This document shows, in pieces, positions 1 to 8,258 of a stretch of 64,000 nucleotides of DNA (positions within the stretch are counted from its first letter, which is position 1; each line of letters starts with the position of its first letter). Under the pieces are notes generated by a model. The model worked only from the letters and a program-made list of their open reading frames with translations. It did not search any database and was not told the origin of the DNA. Made by a program: the position numbers and the translations under genes. This DNA comes from a virus: IMG/VR virus record IMGVR_UViG_3300046115_000153, positions 1 to 64,000 of that record; one strand, given 5' to 3'.

Positions 1-200
1 CGGTGGTCGCACCGCCAGTGCGGGTAACCGCCACCTTCCCCGTCGTCAGTGTTCGACCGGCGGTTGCAGTAGCCGGCGAGCGCCGCCCGCAGGTCGTACC
101 AACGGTTCCGCGCCCGCCGCCGCTCGCTCCGCGCGATCGCGCGGAGCGTCGGCTCGCCGTCACGCCGCCAGCACCCGAGCGCCTGCCTGGCCGTGACCAC
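1..200 (-). CDS. hypothetical protein, first 66 codons only (continues past left edge); Cys/His-containing, possibly HNH/zinc-finger-like
   Basis: GTG at 200 with GAGGG about 9 nt upstream. The frame stays open to base 1 with G/C at almost every third codon position. It is missing from the ORF track only because no stop lies in the window. Track ORF 3..203(+) is its antisense shadow. Confidence 0.45.
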   Translation of the reverse strand, partial: MVTARQALGCWRRDGEPTLRAIARSERRRARNRWYDLRAALAGYCNRRSNTDDGEGGGYPHWRCDH

Positions 201-210
201 TAGCCGGCCC

Positions 211-867
211 TCACGGGGCCGCCCGCAACCCGCCCGCGACCAGCATCAGCCTGGACGCCACCTTCTCCGACACCGCCGGGTCGTCCGGGTCCACGCCCAC
301 GTCCCGCAGCACCGCTTCCAGCACGTCGAGCACCCGGTCCCGGTAGGCGGCGAACAGGTCGAGCTGCGCCCGCTGCGCCCCCGCGTCCAGCGCCAGCTTG
401 TGGGCCTTGGCCTGCCGGTCCAGCGCGTCGAGCCACATGCCTACCAGCACGTCGGGCATCTCGCGGGCGCCGTTCGCCGAGGTGACCTGCTGGACGAGCT
501 GGACGCGGCCGTCGGCGTCGGCGTCGGCGCGGCGGGTGATCTCCCGTTCCAGGTAGGCGGTGAAGCCGGCGAGTTTGCCGCCCACTTCCAGCAGCCCGAC
601 CATCGGGTCCAGGTCGAGGGCCTGCCCGAACAGGGTGTCGTGGGAGTACACCTCGGCGTAGGTGGCCAGCGCGGCCGACCTACGGCCGTTGGGATGGCGC
701 CCGCCGTGGGCGCGGCACGGCCCGACCCGGTAGTCGGTGCCGTGCCCCTCCGGCCTGCCGCACCGGCCCATCGTCTTGGGGTTGCGGGCGTTGCAGTAGC
801 CGGGCAGGGGAAGCGGGTAGCCGTCCGCGTCGCGTTCCACGTCGTCCTCGGGCTCCTCGTCGTCCAT
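211..867 (-). CDS. putative terminase small subunit-like DNA-binding protein (218 aa)
   Basis: Inner ATG (867) of ORF 211..1263. Acidic N-terminus followed by the Cys/His motif CNARNPKTMGRCGRPEGHGTDYRVGPCRAHGG, which I recall from actinophage small terminases. The function call rests on memory only. Confidence 0.45.
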   Translation of the reverse strand: MDDEEPEDDVERDADGYPLPLPGYCNARNPKTMGRCGRPEGHGTDYRVGPCRAHGGRHPNGRRSAALATYAEVYSHDTLFGQALDLDPMVGLLEVGGKLAGFTAYLEREITRRADADADGRVQLVQQVTSANGAREMPDVLVGMWLDALDRQAKAHKLALDAGAQRAQLDLFAAYRDRVLDVLEAVLRDVGVDPDDPAVSEKVASRLMLVAGGLRAAP

Positions 868-923
868 GTGCGTGACGGTACGCCGGGTTCGGCTCCCGAA
901 AAGAGCCGTACCGTCTCGCCACG

Positions 924-953
924 GTGGACACCAGATGCTAATCTGGTGTCCAC
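924..953. promoter_or_regulatory. perfect inverted repeat GTGGACACCAGAT-gcta-ATCTGGTGTCCAC in a divergent intergenic region (operator candidate)
   Basis: 13-bp arms read directly from the sequence. Lies between the minus-strand start at 867 and the plus-strand start at 1021. The core GTGGACACCA recurs upstream of four other genes. Confidence 0.7.
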
Positions 954-1020
954 GCACCGGGGGAACCGCTCGCACCACACCCCCGTCCGCCTCTTTCGGA
1001 GAGTTGAAAAGGAGTGTCAG

Positions 1021-1302
1021 ATGAGCCGGTGGGACGACGACGAGGCGCAGGGCTGGGGGGTGGAAGCCGACAGCCTCCTGCTCGACGCCTGCGAGGCGGG
1101 CATGGCCGCGCTGCTGGCCTACGCCCGCGAGCAGTTGGAGGTGCGCATGCCCACTACGGGTGAGGTGCTCGAGCTGCTGGACCGCGCGGAGCGGGAAGCC
1201 GGGCTGGTACCCGGCGACGACCACCGGTCGGACGCCGAGGCGGCGGTCGCCCGGCTGCGCCACCAGCTCGCGTCGGTCCCGTCGTTCGCCGCGGCGGCCT
1301 GA
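1021..1302 (+). CDS. hypothetical protein (93 aa, acidic)
   Basis: ATG 1021 with AGGAG 7 nt upstream. Inner start of ORF 193..1302. GC3-rich frame. Confidence 0.7.
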   Translation: MSRWDDDEAQGWGVEADSLLLDACEAGMAALLAYAREQLEVRMPTTGEVLELLDRAEREAGLVPGDDHRSDAEAAVARLRHQLASVPSFAAAA

Positions 1303-1303
1303 G

Positions 1304-1600
1304 ATGGCCGTTCACCTCGCGGTCGCGGCCGAGCCTTTCGACTGCGCCACCTGCGACCGGTTCGTCCAGGACGGCGACCTGATCGCCGAGGTCGACGTCT
1401 ATCTGCTTTGCGAGTCCTGCGCGGAGAAGCTGCCCGGTTTCGTGCCGCTGTCACCAGTCGAGCGGGACCACCTGATCCGCCACGGCGTCCCCGCCTCGCA
1501 AGGCCACACCCACACCTGCGACGAGCACGGCCATGCCGTCCGCCACGCCGCCGACGAGTGCCGGTCGTCGAACTACTGCCCCGAAGGGTGCCTGTTCTGA
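1304..1600 (+). CDS. hypothetical Cys/His-rich protein (98 aa)
   Basis: ATG 2 nt after the upstream stop. CxxC...CxxC pattern. Inner start of ORF 1160..1600. Confidence 0.65.
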   Translation: MAVHLAVAAEPFDCATCDRFVQDGDLIAEVDVYLLCESCAEKLPGFVPLSPVERDHLIRHGVPASQGHTHTCDEHGHAVRHAADECRSSNYCPEGCLF

Positions 1601-1896
1601 TGACCGCCCTCGCCGACCCTGACACCCGCTTCCCCGGCCTGCCCGACGGCACCGCCTACGACGTGGCCGCCGTCGTGGAAGCCCGCACCGCCGGGCTGTG
1701 GGTGCTCGTGAAGCACCTGCGTGACGGCGGATGCCCGCGCCCCACCCTCCCGGACGTGCTGCTCACCGTCGTCCGCCGCGCCGAAAGCGAGGCGTATTTC
1801 GCCGACGACTGGACCGAACAGTTGCGCGACGCGGTGATCGGTGCTTGCGCCGACGTCGAAAACCTGATCTCACGCGCACGGCAGGTGACCCGATGA
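1600..1896 (+). CDS. hypothetical protein (98 aa)
   Basis: TGATG junction with the upstream gene. Inner start of ORF 1408..1896. Confidence 0.65.
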   Translation: MTALADPDTRFPGLPDGTAYDVAAVVEARTAGLWVLVKHLRDGGCPRPTLPDVLLTVVRRAESEAYFADDWTEQLRDAVIGACADVENLISRARQVTR

Positions 1897-2045
1897 CCAC
1901 CGACGACGCCCCCATCCGCGAGCCGATGCGCCCGTACCGCCGGCCGCGCCGCATGCGCCCGACCGGGCCACACCGCCACGCCCGCAAGATCCGCACCCAA
2001 GCGCCGAGGAGCGCCACGACTACTCAAACGGGGAGGGCTGTCTGA
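1893..2045 (+). CDS. small basic hypothetical protein (50 aa)
   Basis: ATGA overlap at both ends. GC3 is high in the first two thirds. Below the track size cut-off. Confidence 0.4.
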   Translation: MTTDDAPIREPMRPYRRPRRMRPTGPHRHARKIRTQAPRSATTTQTGRAV

Positions 2046-2245
2046 TGTCCGCCTGCGAAAAATGCTGGGGGGACGCCTACACGCGCGCATTGTTCTCGGG
2101 CCGAGATCAGGTCGACGTGTACCGGGAACTGATCGCCGAATCGTCGGCCGACTCGTGCACACCAGAGGAACGTGCCGGCCAGTTCTGGGACGCCGAACTA
2201 CAGCGGGACATTCGATTCCCTGTCGAGGAAGGCGTGACCCGATGA
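2045..2245 (+). CDS. hypothetical protein (66 aa, CxxC)
   Basis: Track ORF. GGGAGG lies upstream of ATG 2045. Confidence 0.6.
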   Translation: MSACEKCWGDAYTRALFSGRDQVDVYRELIAESSADSCTPEERAGQFWDAELQRDIRFPVEEGVTR

Positions 2246-2306
2246 GTGCCCGGTCGGACGAGGTGTATTTCGGCGTGCGCTGCGCCGTGTGCGAGGAGCG
2301 GTCCCG

Positions 2307-2522
2307 ATGACCCTCATCCGCGACGTCCAGGCGGTGATCCGCTACGTCGGCGGCGAGCACGACGGCGACCTCGACGTCTACCGGATCGCCAGCGACGCCG
2401 ACTACGACGCGACGTTCCGCAACCCGCCACTCGACGGCACGCCGAAACAGGCGGGCTACGTCGTCGAAGAGATCCGGTCGGCGTTCACCCATCCCCCACT
2501 GACCACCGAGGAGACCGCGTGA
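2307..2522 (+). CDS. hypothetical protein (71 aa)
   Basis: ATGA junction. Inner start of ORF 2289..2522. Confidence 0.6.
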   Translation: MTLIRDVQAVIRYVGGEHDGDLDVYRIASDADYDATFRNPPLDGTPKQAGYVVEEIRSAFTHPPLTTEETA

Positions 2523-2764
2523 CCACCGCCCTGACCGATCGCACCGCCGGCCTGCTCGCCCAGCTCGACACGGCCACGGCCACCACCCGGGTCGCGAACG
2601 CCGTCGAAGCGACCGACCGGGACGCCGTGCTGCTCACCGACGAAGGGCTGGCCGTCGCGTACGCCCCCGATCGGCGGTTCCCCGGCGAGCCCTACCGGGA
2701 CGGCGACGGGCTGCGCTACTCGCGGCAGTGGCTGGGCGCTTTGCGCACGGTGGAAGCGGAGTGA
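2519..2764 (+). CDS. hypothetical protein (81 aa)
   Basis: GTGA overlap. Inner start of ORF 2246..2764. Confidence 0.6.
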   Translation: MTTALTDRTAGLLAQLDTATATTRVANAVEATDRDAVLLTDEGLAVAYAPDRRFPGEPYRDGDGLRYSRQWLGALRTVEAE

Positions 2765-2952
2765 CCGGCGACCTGTACGACACGGCCACGTGCCAGTGGT
2801 GCGGTCACGTCGCCGGCCTGCACTCCGGCTCGTCGGGCTGCGTCGCCTCCGACGACGACGGCTACGGCGGGGACGACGAGTGCGGGTGCGACGAGTACGC
2901 GTCCCTCGTCGCCGACTGGGAACTGGCCGACGAGGAAAGCGGGAGTCACTGA
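2761..2952 (+). CDS. hypothetical acidic Cys-rich protein (63 aa)
   Basis: GTGA overlap. Inner start of ORF 2728..2952. Confidence 0.55.
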   Translation: MTGDLYDTATCQWCGHVAGLHSGSSGCVASDDDGYGGDDECGCDEYASLVADWELADEESGSH

Positions 2953-3176
2953 TGGACGACCGGACCGCCGAGCTGCTCGCCGAAGCGGCGATCTCGGACG
3001 CCACCGTCGAATACGAGACGCTGCGCGAGGCGGTGTTCGCCCAGGAGACCTCCGTCGGGTTCCTCCACGAGCTCCTGTCGGCGACACCCCGCGCGTTCAC
3101 CCGAGCGCTCAACGACCCGGCGGTGCGCGGTCGTGCCGGCGAGCTGGGCGCGCGGATGCCGAGGTGGTCGGCGTGA
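2952..3176 (+). CDS. hypothetical protein (74 aa)
   Basis: TGATG junction. Inner start of ORF 2790..3176. Confidence 0.6.
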   Translation: MDDRTAELLAEAAISDATVEYETLREAVFAQETSVGFLHELLSATPRAFTRALNDPAVRGRAGELGARMPRWSA

Positions 3177-3358
3177 ACGCCGTCGAACTGCACGCCGCCT
3201 GCCGGGCGCACCTCGCCCAGGCGGCCGTCCACGTGGACGCGGCGAGCGCGCTCGCCGACTGCCCGGACGACGCCCGCCAGCGGGTGCACGCCGCCCGCGT
3301 CTGCCTGCTCAGCGCCGAGTGGGTGCTGGACGAGATCCAGGACGGGGCGCGGGAGTGA
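3164..3358 (+). CDS. hypothetical protein (64 aa; alternative GTG at 3173)
   Basis: Track ORF. Paralogue of the next gene. Confidence 0.55.
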   Translation: MVGVNAVELHAACRAHLAQAAVHVDAASALADCPDDARQRVHAARVCLLSAEWVLDEIQDGARE

Positions 3359-3540
3359 CCGGCGACGAGCTGTGGGCCGCCTACCACGAGGCGCTCGCCG
3401 ACGCGGCCGTGGAGGTCGCGACAGCCCGGGCGCTCGAGCGTTCCCCCGAGAAGGCGCAGCGGCACCTGCACGCGGCGCGCGCCCTGTTGAACGACGCCGA
3501 ACGGTCGCTGGTCGTCGTGCTGTGCGGAATGCGGCAGTGA
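3355..3540 (+). CDS. hypothetical protein (61 aa), paralogue of 3164..3358
   Basis: GTGA overlap. Shares the ...HAAR..LL..AE... pattern with the previous gene. Inner start of ORF 3133..3540. Confidence 0.55.
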   Translation: MTGDELWAAYHEALADAAVEVATARALERSPEKAQRHLHAARALLNDAERSLVVVLCGMRQ

Positions 3541-3770
3541 GCGCCCGCGACCAGCGCTGGGAGGGCGCGGTCGAAGAGGTCCTCGGCGGCTCGTTCACCG
3601 CCCAGTTGCACGACCTCGACGACACGCTTCCGCCCCATTCGGCCGAAATCTGGGCTGCTGCCGTGGACGACACCGACCGGGAGCTGATCCGGCCGGGAGC
3701 GCTGTTCTTCCTGACCGTCACCGAGACCGGCGCCGACCTCCGGTTCCGCCGAGTCGGGGACGCGCCGTGA
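3537..3770 (+). CDS. hypothetical protein (77 aa)
   Basis: GTGA overlap. Inner start of ORF 3372..3770. Confidence 0.6.
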   Translation: MSARDQRWEGAVEEVLGGSFTAQLHDLDDTLPPHSAEIWAAAVDDTDRELIRPGALFFLTVTETGADLRFRRVGDAP

Positions 3771-3946
3771 CCGATCCCCTCGCCCCAGTTCGAGCCGCTC
3801 TCGCCAAGGCCCACGCTTCCCGCGACGCGGTGCCGGAGACCGTGCCCCGCCTGCCGGACCTGTCCCGACCCGCGCCCGTGCTGCCCCGCCACTGGGGGCA
3901 GCACGAAGACCCGTTCGCGACGAGTTTCGAGAGGAACGACCTGTGA
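3767..3946 (+). CDS. hypothetical protein (59 aa)
   Basis: GTGA overlap at both ends. GC3-rich. One residue below the track cut-off. Confidence 0.5.
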   Translation: MTDPLAPVRAALAKAHASRDAVPETVPRLPDLSRPAPVLPRHWGQHEDPFATSFERNDL

Positions 3947-4004
3947 CCACCGAGACGACCACCGGGCTGGTGCCCGGGCAGCGCGGGCGAGCGGGGGTGC
4001 CGGC

Positions 4005-4640
4005 GTGAGCGCGGCCGACGTGCGGGACGCGCTGCACCGGGCACGCGCCGCGATCAACGACGCCGAGCTGATGACGACAGCAGAGGAAGCGACCGAGGGG
4101 TTGACCCCGTCCGGGCCGCCCGAGGTCACTGTGGACGACATCGTCGCGGCGATCGAGGCGGCCGACGAGGCCTACGCCGCCGGCCGGGGTCGCATGGAAG
4201 CCGCGCTCGTCGCCTACGCCGCACGGCACGCGGTGCCGAGACCTGCCGCGCTGTGCTATTGCGCCACCGGCCGGGGCGAGCCCACGCAGGCGGACGGGCT
4301 GCGTGCGGCGGCTCGGCTCGTCGAGATGGTGGGTGACGCCGCCGAGCTGGCCGTCGGCGTCAGCTACAACTACCCGTACGTCGTCGACGCCCAGGTCACC
4401 TACGACCGCTACACCGACGACCTGGCGGCGCAGGACGTGTCGAGGCTGGCGCGGCTCCGTGCCGTGGCCGCCCGGCTGTCGCTGGCCCCGGCGGAACGGC
4501 ACCCCGGGCGGGTGGCCAGCAGCGTGTACGTAGAGCTGGCCACGACGGTCGACGGGGTGCCCGCGTCGGCGTGGGCTCTCATAACCACCCCGGCCGGCGT
4601 CGCCGAGGCGCGTGCCTGGATCGCCGAGGTGGCGTCGTGA
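4005..4640 (+). CDS. hypothetical protein (211 aa)
   Basis: Track ORF. GTG start coupled to an upstream micro-ORF at 3943..4008. Confidence 0.7.
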   Translation: MSAADVRDALHRARAAINDAELMTTAEEATEGLTPSGPPEVTVDDIVAAIEAADEAYAAGRGRMEAALVAYAARHAVPRPAALCYCATGRGEPTQADGLRAAARLVEMVGDAAELAVGVSYNYPYVVDAQVTYDRYTDDLAAQDVSRLARLRAVAARLSLAPAERHPGRVASSVYVELATTVDGVPASAWALITTPAGVAEARAWIAEVAS

Positions 4641-4879
4641 GCGGCACGACGCCCGCGCCGGGCGGGGCACCTGAGACCACCGACCAGTGGGCGGAACGGG
4701 TCCTGCGCCGCGAGACGGCCGCCGGAGTACCGCTGAGGGCCGCTACCGACAGCATGCTCGTCGGGTTCGCGCGGGGGTTCGCGCTCGACCGCGACGAGCT
4801 GACCGACCTCACCCGGATCGCGCACGTCCGCGCGACTCTCGCCGTCGAGGCGCGGCTGCGGGCGGAGGGCCTGTCGTGA
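4637..4879 (+). CDS. hypothetical protein (80 aa), paralogue of 5341..5547
   Basis: GTGA overlap. Inner start of ORF 4571..4879. Shares the W-AER-LR ... LRAEGLS pattern with its paralogue. Confidence 0.6.
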   Translation: MSGTTPAPGGAPETTDQWAERVLRRETAAGVPLRAATDSMLVGFARGFALDRDELTDLTRIAHVRATLAVEARLRAEGLS

Positions 4880-5100
4880 TCCCGCCCTACGTGCCGCCGA
4901 CCACTTCCGGCCTGTTCGACATCGACGGCGCTCGGTCGGTCTCGCGTGCCGACACGGTCCCGCTACGGGTGCCGTTCCGGCGCCGCCGGTTCACGGCCGC
5001 GACGCTGGCCGTCGCGTTCGTCGCCGTCGCGGCACTGACGTTCTGGGCGAGTTACCGCGTCGCCATGTGGCTCGTCGGCACAGGGCAGGTGGGCAGATGA
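4876..5100 (+). CDS. small membrane protein (74 aa, one TM)
   Basis: GTGA overlap. Hydrophobic stretch FTAATLAVAFVAVAALTFWASY. Confidence 0.6.
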   Translation: MIPPYVPPTTSGLFDIDGARSVSRADTVPLRVPFRRRRFTAATLAVAFVAVAALTFWASYRVAMWLVGTGQVGR

Positions 5101-5170
5101 CCGTCTACGGCGTCGGCCCGGCGCACGTCCGGGCGTTCCGGTTCGGCGCGGTGCGACGCCGGGAGACGCC

Positions 5171-5344
5171 ATGACCCTGTACGCCTGGCTGCTGGCCGCC
5201 CTGGTCGTCGTCGGTGTCGCCAGCGGCGGTGCGGGTGGTGCGCTGCTCGCGCTGGCGGGTGTCGTCCTCGCGGCGGCACGGTGCGCGTGGCGGGACGACC
5301 GGCCGGTCGGGTACGCGGGGATGCTCCCGAGGTACGTCCGGTGA
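5171..5344 (+). CDS. small membrane protein (57 aa)
   Basis: ATGA overlaps on both sides. Hydrophobic N-terminal 35 aa. Below the track cut-off. Confidence 0.5.
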   Translation: MTLYAWLLAALVVVGVASGGAGGALLALAGVVLAAARCAWRDDRPVGYAGMLPRYVR

Positions 5345-5547
5345 GCACGCCTGCGAAGACCTACGAGTGGGCCGAGCGGACGCTTCGTGAGCACGCCGCG
5401 CGCTGGGGTGGCTTGACGACTGCCGCTGACGGCTTGCTGGCCGCCAGCGCCCGGTCGCTCGTCGGGGGCTACGACCCGGATGCCGTGGCGCGCATGGAGG
5501 CGATTGTGGCGGCCGAGGCGGCACTGCGGGCCGGAGGTCTGTCGTGA
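5341..5547 (+). CDS. hypothetical protein (68 aa), paralogue of 4637..4879
   Basis: GTGA overlap. Inner start of ORF 5281..5547. Confidence 0.6.
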   Translation: MSTPAKTYEWAERTLREHAARWGGLTTAADGLLAASARSLVGGYDPDAVARMEAIVAAEAALRAGGLS

Positions 5548-5756
5548 TGACTTGCGCCCGCGCTGGGTGCGATGCGCGACACGACAACAACTCGGACTAC
5601 TGCTTGGCGCACTGGCTCCTCGCCAGCTTCGAGAGTCGCCGCCCCGCGCTCGATCGCGCCGAGCCCGCCGTCTGCGTCCGCTGCTGCCACGAGATCGGCG
5701 GGACCGTCGAGCACACCGAGGACGGACCTGCCTGTGCGGGAGGGTGCACGACATGA
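5544..5756 (+). CDS. Cys-rich zinc-binding-like protein (70 aa)
   Basis: Track ORF with GTGATG start. Multiple C/H pairs. Confidence 0.6.
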   Translation: MMTCARAGCDARHDNNSDYCLAHWLLASFESRRPALDRAEPAVCVRCCHEIGGTVEHTEDGPACAGGCTT

Positions 5757-5968
5757 GCGACCACAACTGGCGATGCGACTACGTCCGCTACCCCGACGAC
5801 CCCGACAAGGAGTGCCACTGCGCGCCGAGTGACGTCAACCCCGTCTGCGGCTGCCACCTCTCCGCCCGCTGCCCGACCTGCACCTGCTGCAAGACCTGCG
5901 TCGGCTGCCACTGCGCCGAGGCGCGGGTCGAGAACGGACCCGACCAACCCGACGACCGCACGACCTGA
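5753..5968 (+). CDS. very Cys-rich protein (71 aa; CHC...CGCH...CPTCTCCKTCVGCHC)
   Basis: ATGA overlap. Inner start of ORF 5480..5968. Confidence 0.6.
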   Translation: MSDHNWRCDYVRYPDDPDKECHCAPSDVNPVCGCHLSARCPTCTCCKTCVGCHCAEARVENGPDQPDDRTT

Positions 5969-5983
5969 CCGAGGAGAACACAC

Positions 5984-6229
5984 GTGCTGACCGCGACCCC
6001 CAACCTGTTCGAGGCCGTCTACGCCCACGACACGAGCGAGCTGAGAACGGTTCTGCCTGTCGTGGGCTTCTACGCCCGCGGCGGCTACCTGCCCTACGCC
6101 GTAGTGCTGGACGGCACCACCGGGCACCTCGTCTCAGCTCGCGAGCACCGACCCGACAACAAAATCCTCGTCGTGATCCGCGCCGTAGCCGCCCTGGAAG
6201 TGGTCGGACCGGAGAACTCCGATGCCTGA
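5984..6229 (+). CDS. hypothetical protein (81 aa)
   Basis: Track ORF. GAGGAG lies upstream of GTG 5984. Confidence 0.65.
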   Translation: MLTATPNLFEAVYAHDTSELRTVLPVVGFYARGGYLPYAVVLDGTTGHLVSAREHRPDNKILVVIRAVAALEVVGPENSDA

Positions 6230-6557
6230 CCCCGGCGAGCCCGGCCGCGAGCTGGTCGTCTTCTTCGGCCGCGAAGGCGACGACGACAGGGACCCCTACG
6301 CCGTGCCCTACGGCGCGCTGCGCGTATACACCGAACCGGACGACGACCCCGACGAGACAGCACGGTTCGCCCTCGACCACCTGCTACGCGAACGGGCCCG
6401 GGTCGACAGCGCGATCCGGCGCTGCGCCCAGGGCCGGTGGCGGGTCGCCGTCCCGCCCGACTCCGACCGGGTACGGGACCTGTCCGACTGGACCGTGCCG
6501 GCCGACGTCAGGTCGGCGGCGGCGGAAGCGCTAGGACTGGCGGCCGACGATGACTGA
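6222..6557 (+). CDS. hypothetical acidic protein (111 aa)
   Basis: Track ORF. 8-nt overlap with the upstream gene. Confidence 0.65.
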   Translation: MPDPGEPGRELVVFFGREGDDDRDPYAVPYGALRVYTEPDDDPDETARFALDHLLRERARVDSAIRRCAQGRWRVAVPPDSDRVRDLSDWTVPADVRSAAAEALGLAADDD

Positions 6558-6753
6558 CGGCGCCCGAGTGCCGGCGGCCGGCGGTCGCGACGTCGTGCTC
6601 CGGTTGACGGTCCGCGCGGACGGGACCGCCGACCTCACGACCGGCGTCGACCGGGTGGCCGTGGTCAAGATCCTGCGCGACCACCTGGCCGCCTTCGAAG
6701 CCGAACTCGACCTAGCCGGACAGGTCTTCGATGCGAGCCGTCACAAAAAGTGA
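6550..6753 (+). CDS. hypothetical protein (67 aa)
   Basis: Track ORF. 8-nt overlap with the upstream gene. Confidence 0.6.
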   Translation: MTDGARVPAAGGRDVVLRLTVRADGTADLTTGVDRVAVVKILRDHLAAFEAELDLAGQVFDASRHKK

Positions 6754-6795
6754 CGAACTAGCGGCCTTTTGTGGGCCACGACGAGAGGACGCACG

Positions 6796-7053
6796 ATGAG
6801 CATCGTGACCACGCTGGTGGACCGCCTGTTCCCGCCCCGACCGGAACTGGTCGCCTGCCGGGAGGCGCACGCCGACCTGTGGATCAGTTCGGCGGCCGAG
6901 GAAGCGGCCGGGATCGACTGGGAGACCGACCGGTTCGCGGAACTGAACGGCCTGGCGAACGACACTGACGTGTCACTGACGCGGGTGGAGCGGTGGTTCC
7001 GCCTGATGGGCGGCACCGGCGACCTGGTGCGCACCCGGACCGAAACCCGATGA
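6796..7053 (+). CDS. hypothetical protein (85 aa)
   Basis: ATG 6796 after GAGAGGA. Inner start of ORF 6769..7053. Confidence 0.6.
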   Translation: MSIVTTLVDRLFPPRPELVACREAHADLWISSAAEEAAGIDWETDRFAELNGLANDTDVSLTRVERWFRLMGGTGDLVRTRTETR

Positions 7054-7526
7054 GCCGCGAGGGCACCCGGTGGAACACCGCCGTCCACGAGGCGGGGCGC
7101 TGGGTCGTCGGCCGGGCGCTCGGCGCTCGTGGTCTCGGCGCGGTCGCCGGCGAACGCGACGCCGCCCTCGCACTTGTCGCCGCCCTCGAGGCCGAGAACG
7201 CGGGGATGCGCTGGGCGCTGCGGCGCATCCGGGACGACGACGAGCCGACCCTGCCCGAGCGTGACGCCGCCGTGGACGCGCTGGGCGACGACCTGTCCGA
7301 CTACCCGCGCGACGCCGTCGTCATCGCCGCCGCGGTCCTCGCCGAGCTCGACCCGCTCGCGCCCGACGAGCGCCCCGTCGCCGACCTGCCTCTGCCCGAG
7401 CCGCAGTGCGTCACCTGCGGCGACACCGGCTACGTCAAGCCCCGGGCCGGACTCCCCTACGAGACCTGCACCTGCACAGCCGGCCCGGCCTTCGCCCTAC
7501 CCGAGCCCGAGGAGGGCCAGCGATGA
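7050..7526 (+). CDS. hypothetical protein (158 aa, C-terminal CxxC..CxC)
   Basis: ATGA overlap. Inner start of ORF 6993..7526. Confidence 0.65.
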   Translation: MSREGTRWNTAVHEAGRWVVGRALGARGLGAVAGERDAALALVAALEAENAGMRWALRRIRDDDEPTLPERDAAVDALGDDLSDYPRDAVVIAAAVLAELDPLAPDERPVADLPLPEPQCVTCGDTGYVKPRAGLPYETCTCTAGPAFALPEPEEGQR

Positions 7527-7894
7527 CGCAGATCCCGAACGGGCCGAACGACTACCCGTGGCACAGCGTGGACGTCACCGCCGACCGGATCGCACGGCAC
7601 CTCACCGCCGTCGCCAACCGGCACGACGCCGAAGGCCAGGCGCTGCTGGACGCCGACCCGCACAGCACCGAAGGCAAGCTCTACCGCGCGGTGACGGCCG
7701 CCTACGTCAACGAGTTCACCGTCGTCTACCTGCTGCGCCACGTCGCCCGGCGGGACGTCAGGCTCGCCGACGAGCTCGCGCGCGCGGTCTGGGAGTGCTG
7801 GAACGACGGCGGCACCATGCACGAGCTGCTGTGGGAATGGGCCCGCGACTACGGCCAGCACGACACCGCACCCGCCGAGGCGGGCACGACATGA
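7523..7894 (+). CDS. hypothetical protein (123 aa)
   Basis: ATGA overlap. Inner start of ORF 7406..7894. Confidence 0.65.
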   Translation: MTQIPNGPNDYPWHSVDVTADRIARHLTAVANRHDAEGQALLDADPHSTEGKLYRAVTAAYVNEFTVVYLLRHVARRDVRLADELARAVWECWNDGGTMHELLWEWARDYGQHDTAPAEAGTT

Positions 7895-8151
7895 CCCACG
7901 CCCACCGCCGCCCCCACCGGTACGCCCCGCCCCGCGTCACCGGCTGGGCCGCCCTCGCCGCCGCCGGAACTGTCGCGGTCGGCGTCAGCGTCGGCCTGCT
8001 CGTCACCGCCGACAGCGCCGACGCCGCGCCGGCCTTGCCGGCGGTGCGCTACTGCGAGGACTTCGGCGGCGTCATGCGCTGCGCCGACCGCGAGCCGCTC
8101 TGGTCCGTCGAGCGGACCGCGGACCCCGACGCCGTACTGATCGCCCCCTAG
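7891..8151 (+). CDS. secreted or membrane-anchored small protein (86 aa)
   Basis: ATGA overlap. Signal-anchor-like segment WAALAAAGTVAVGVSVGLLV. Inner start of ORF 7129..8151. Confidence 0.6.
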   Translation: MTHAHRRPHRYAPPRVTGWAALAAAGTVAVGVSVGLLVTADSADAAPALPAVRYCEDFGGVMRCADREPLWSVERTADPDAVLIAP

Positions 8152-8258
8152 ACCCCCGGCGTCCTGACCACCCCCCCGTGCCAGGACGCCGGCCGGACCG
8201 CCCGTCGGGACGAACCCCCCGGTCCCGACGGGTGCCAGACCGCACCGAGAGGACCGGC

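Noticed and set aside
3-203. A plus-strand 66-aa ORF at the left edge.
   Set aside because: The opposite strand has much stronger GC3 periodicity, a GTG start with an RBS-like GAGGG, and continues the minus-strand terminase-side operon.
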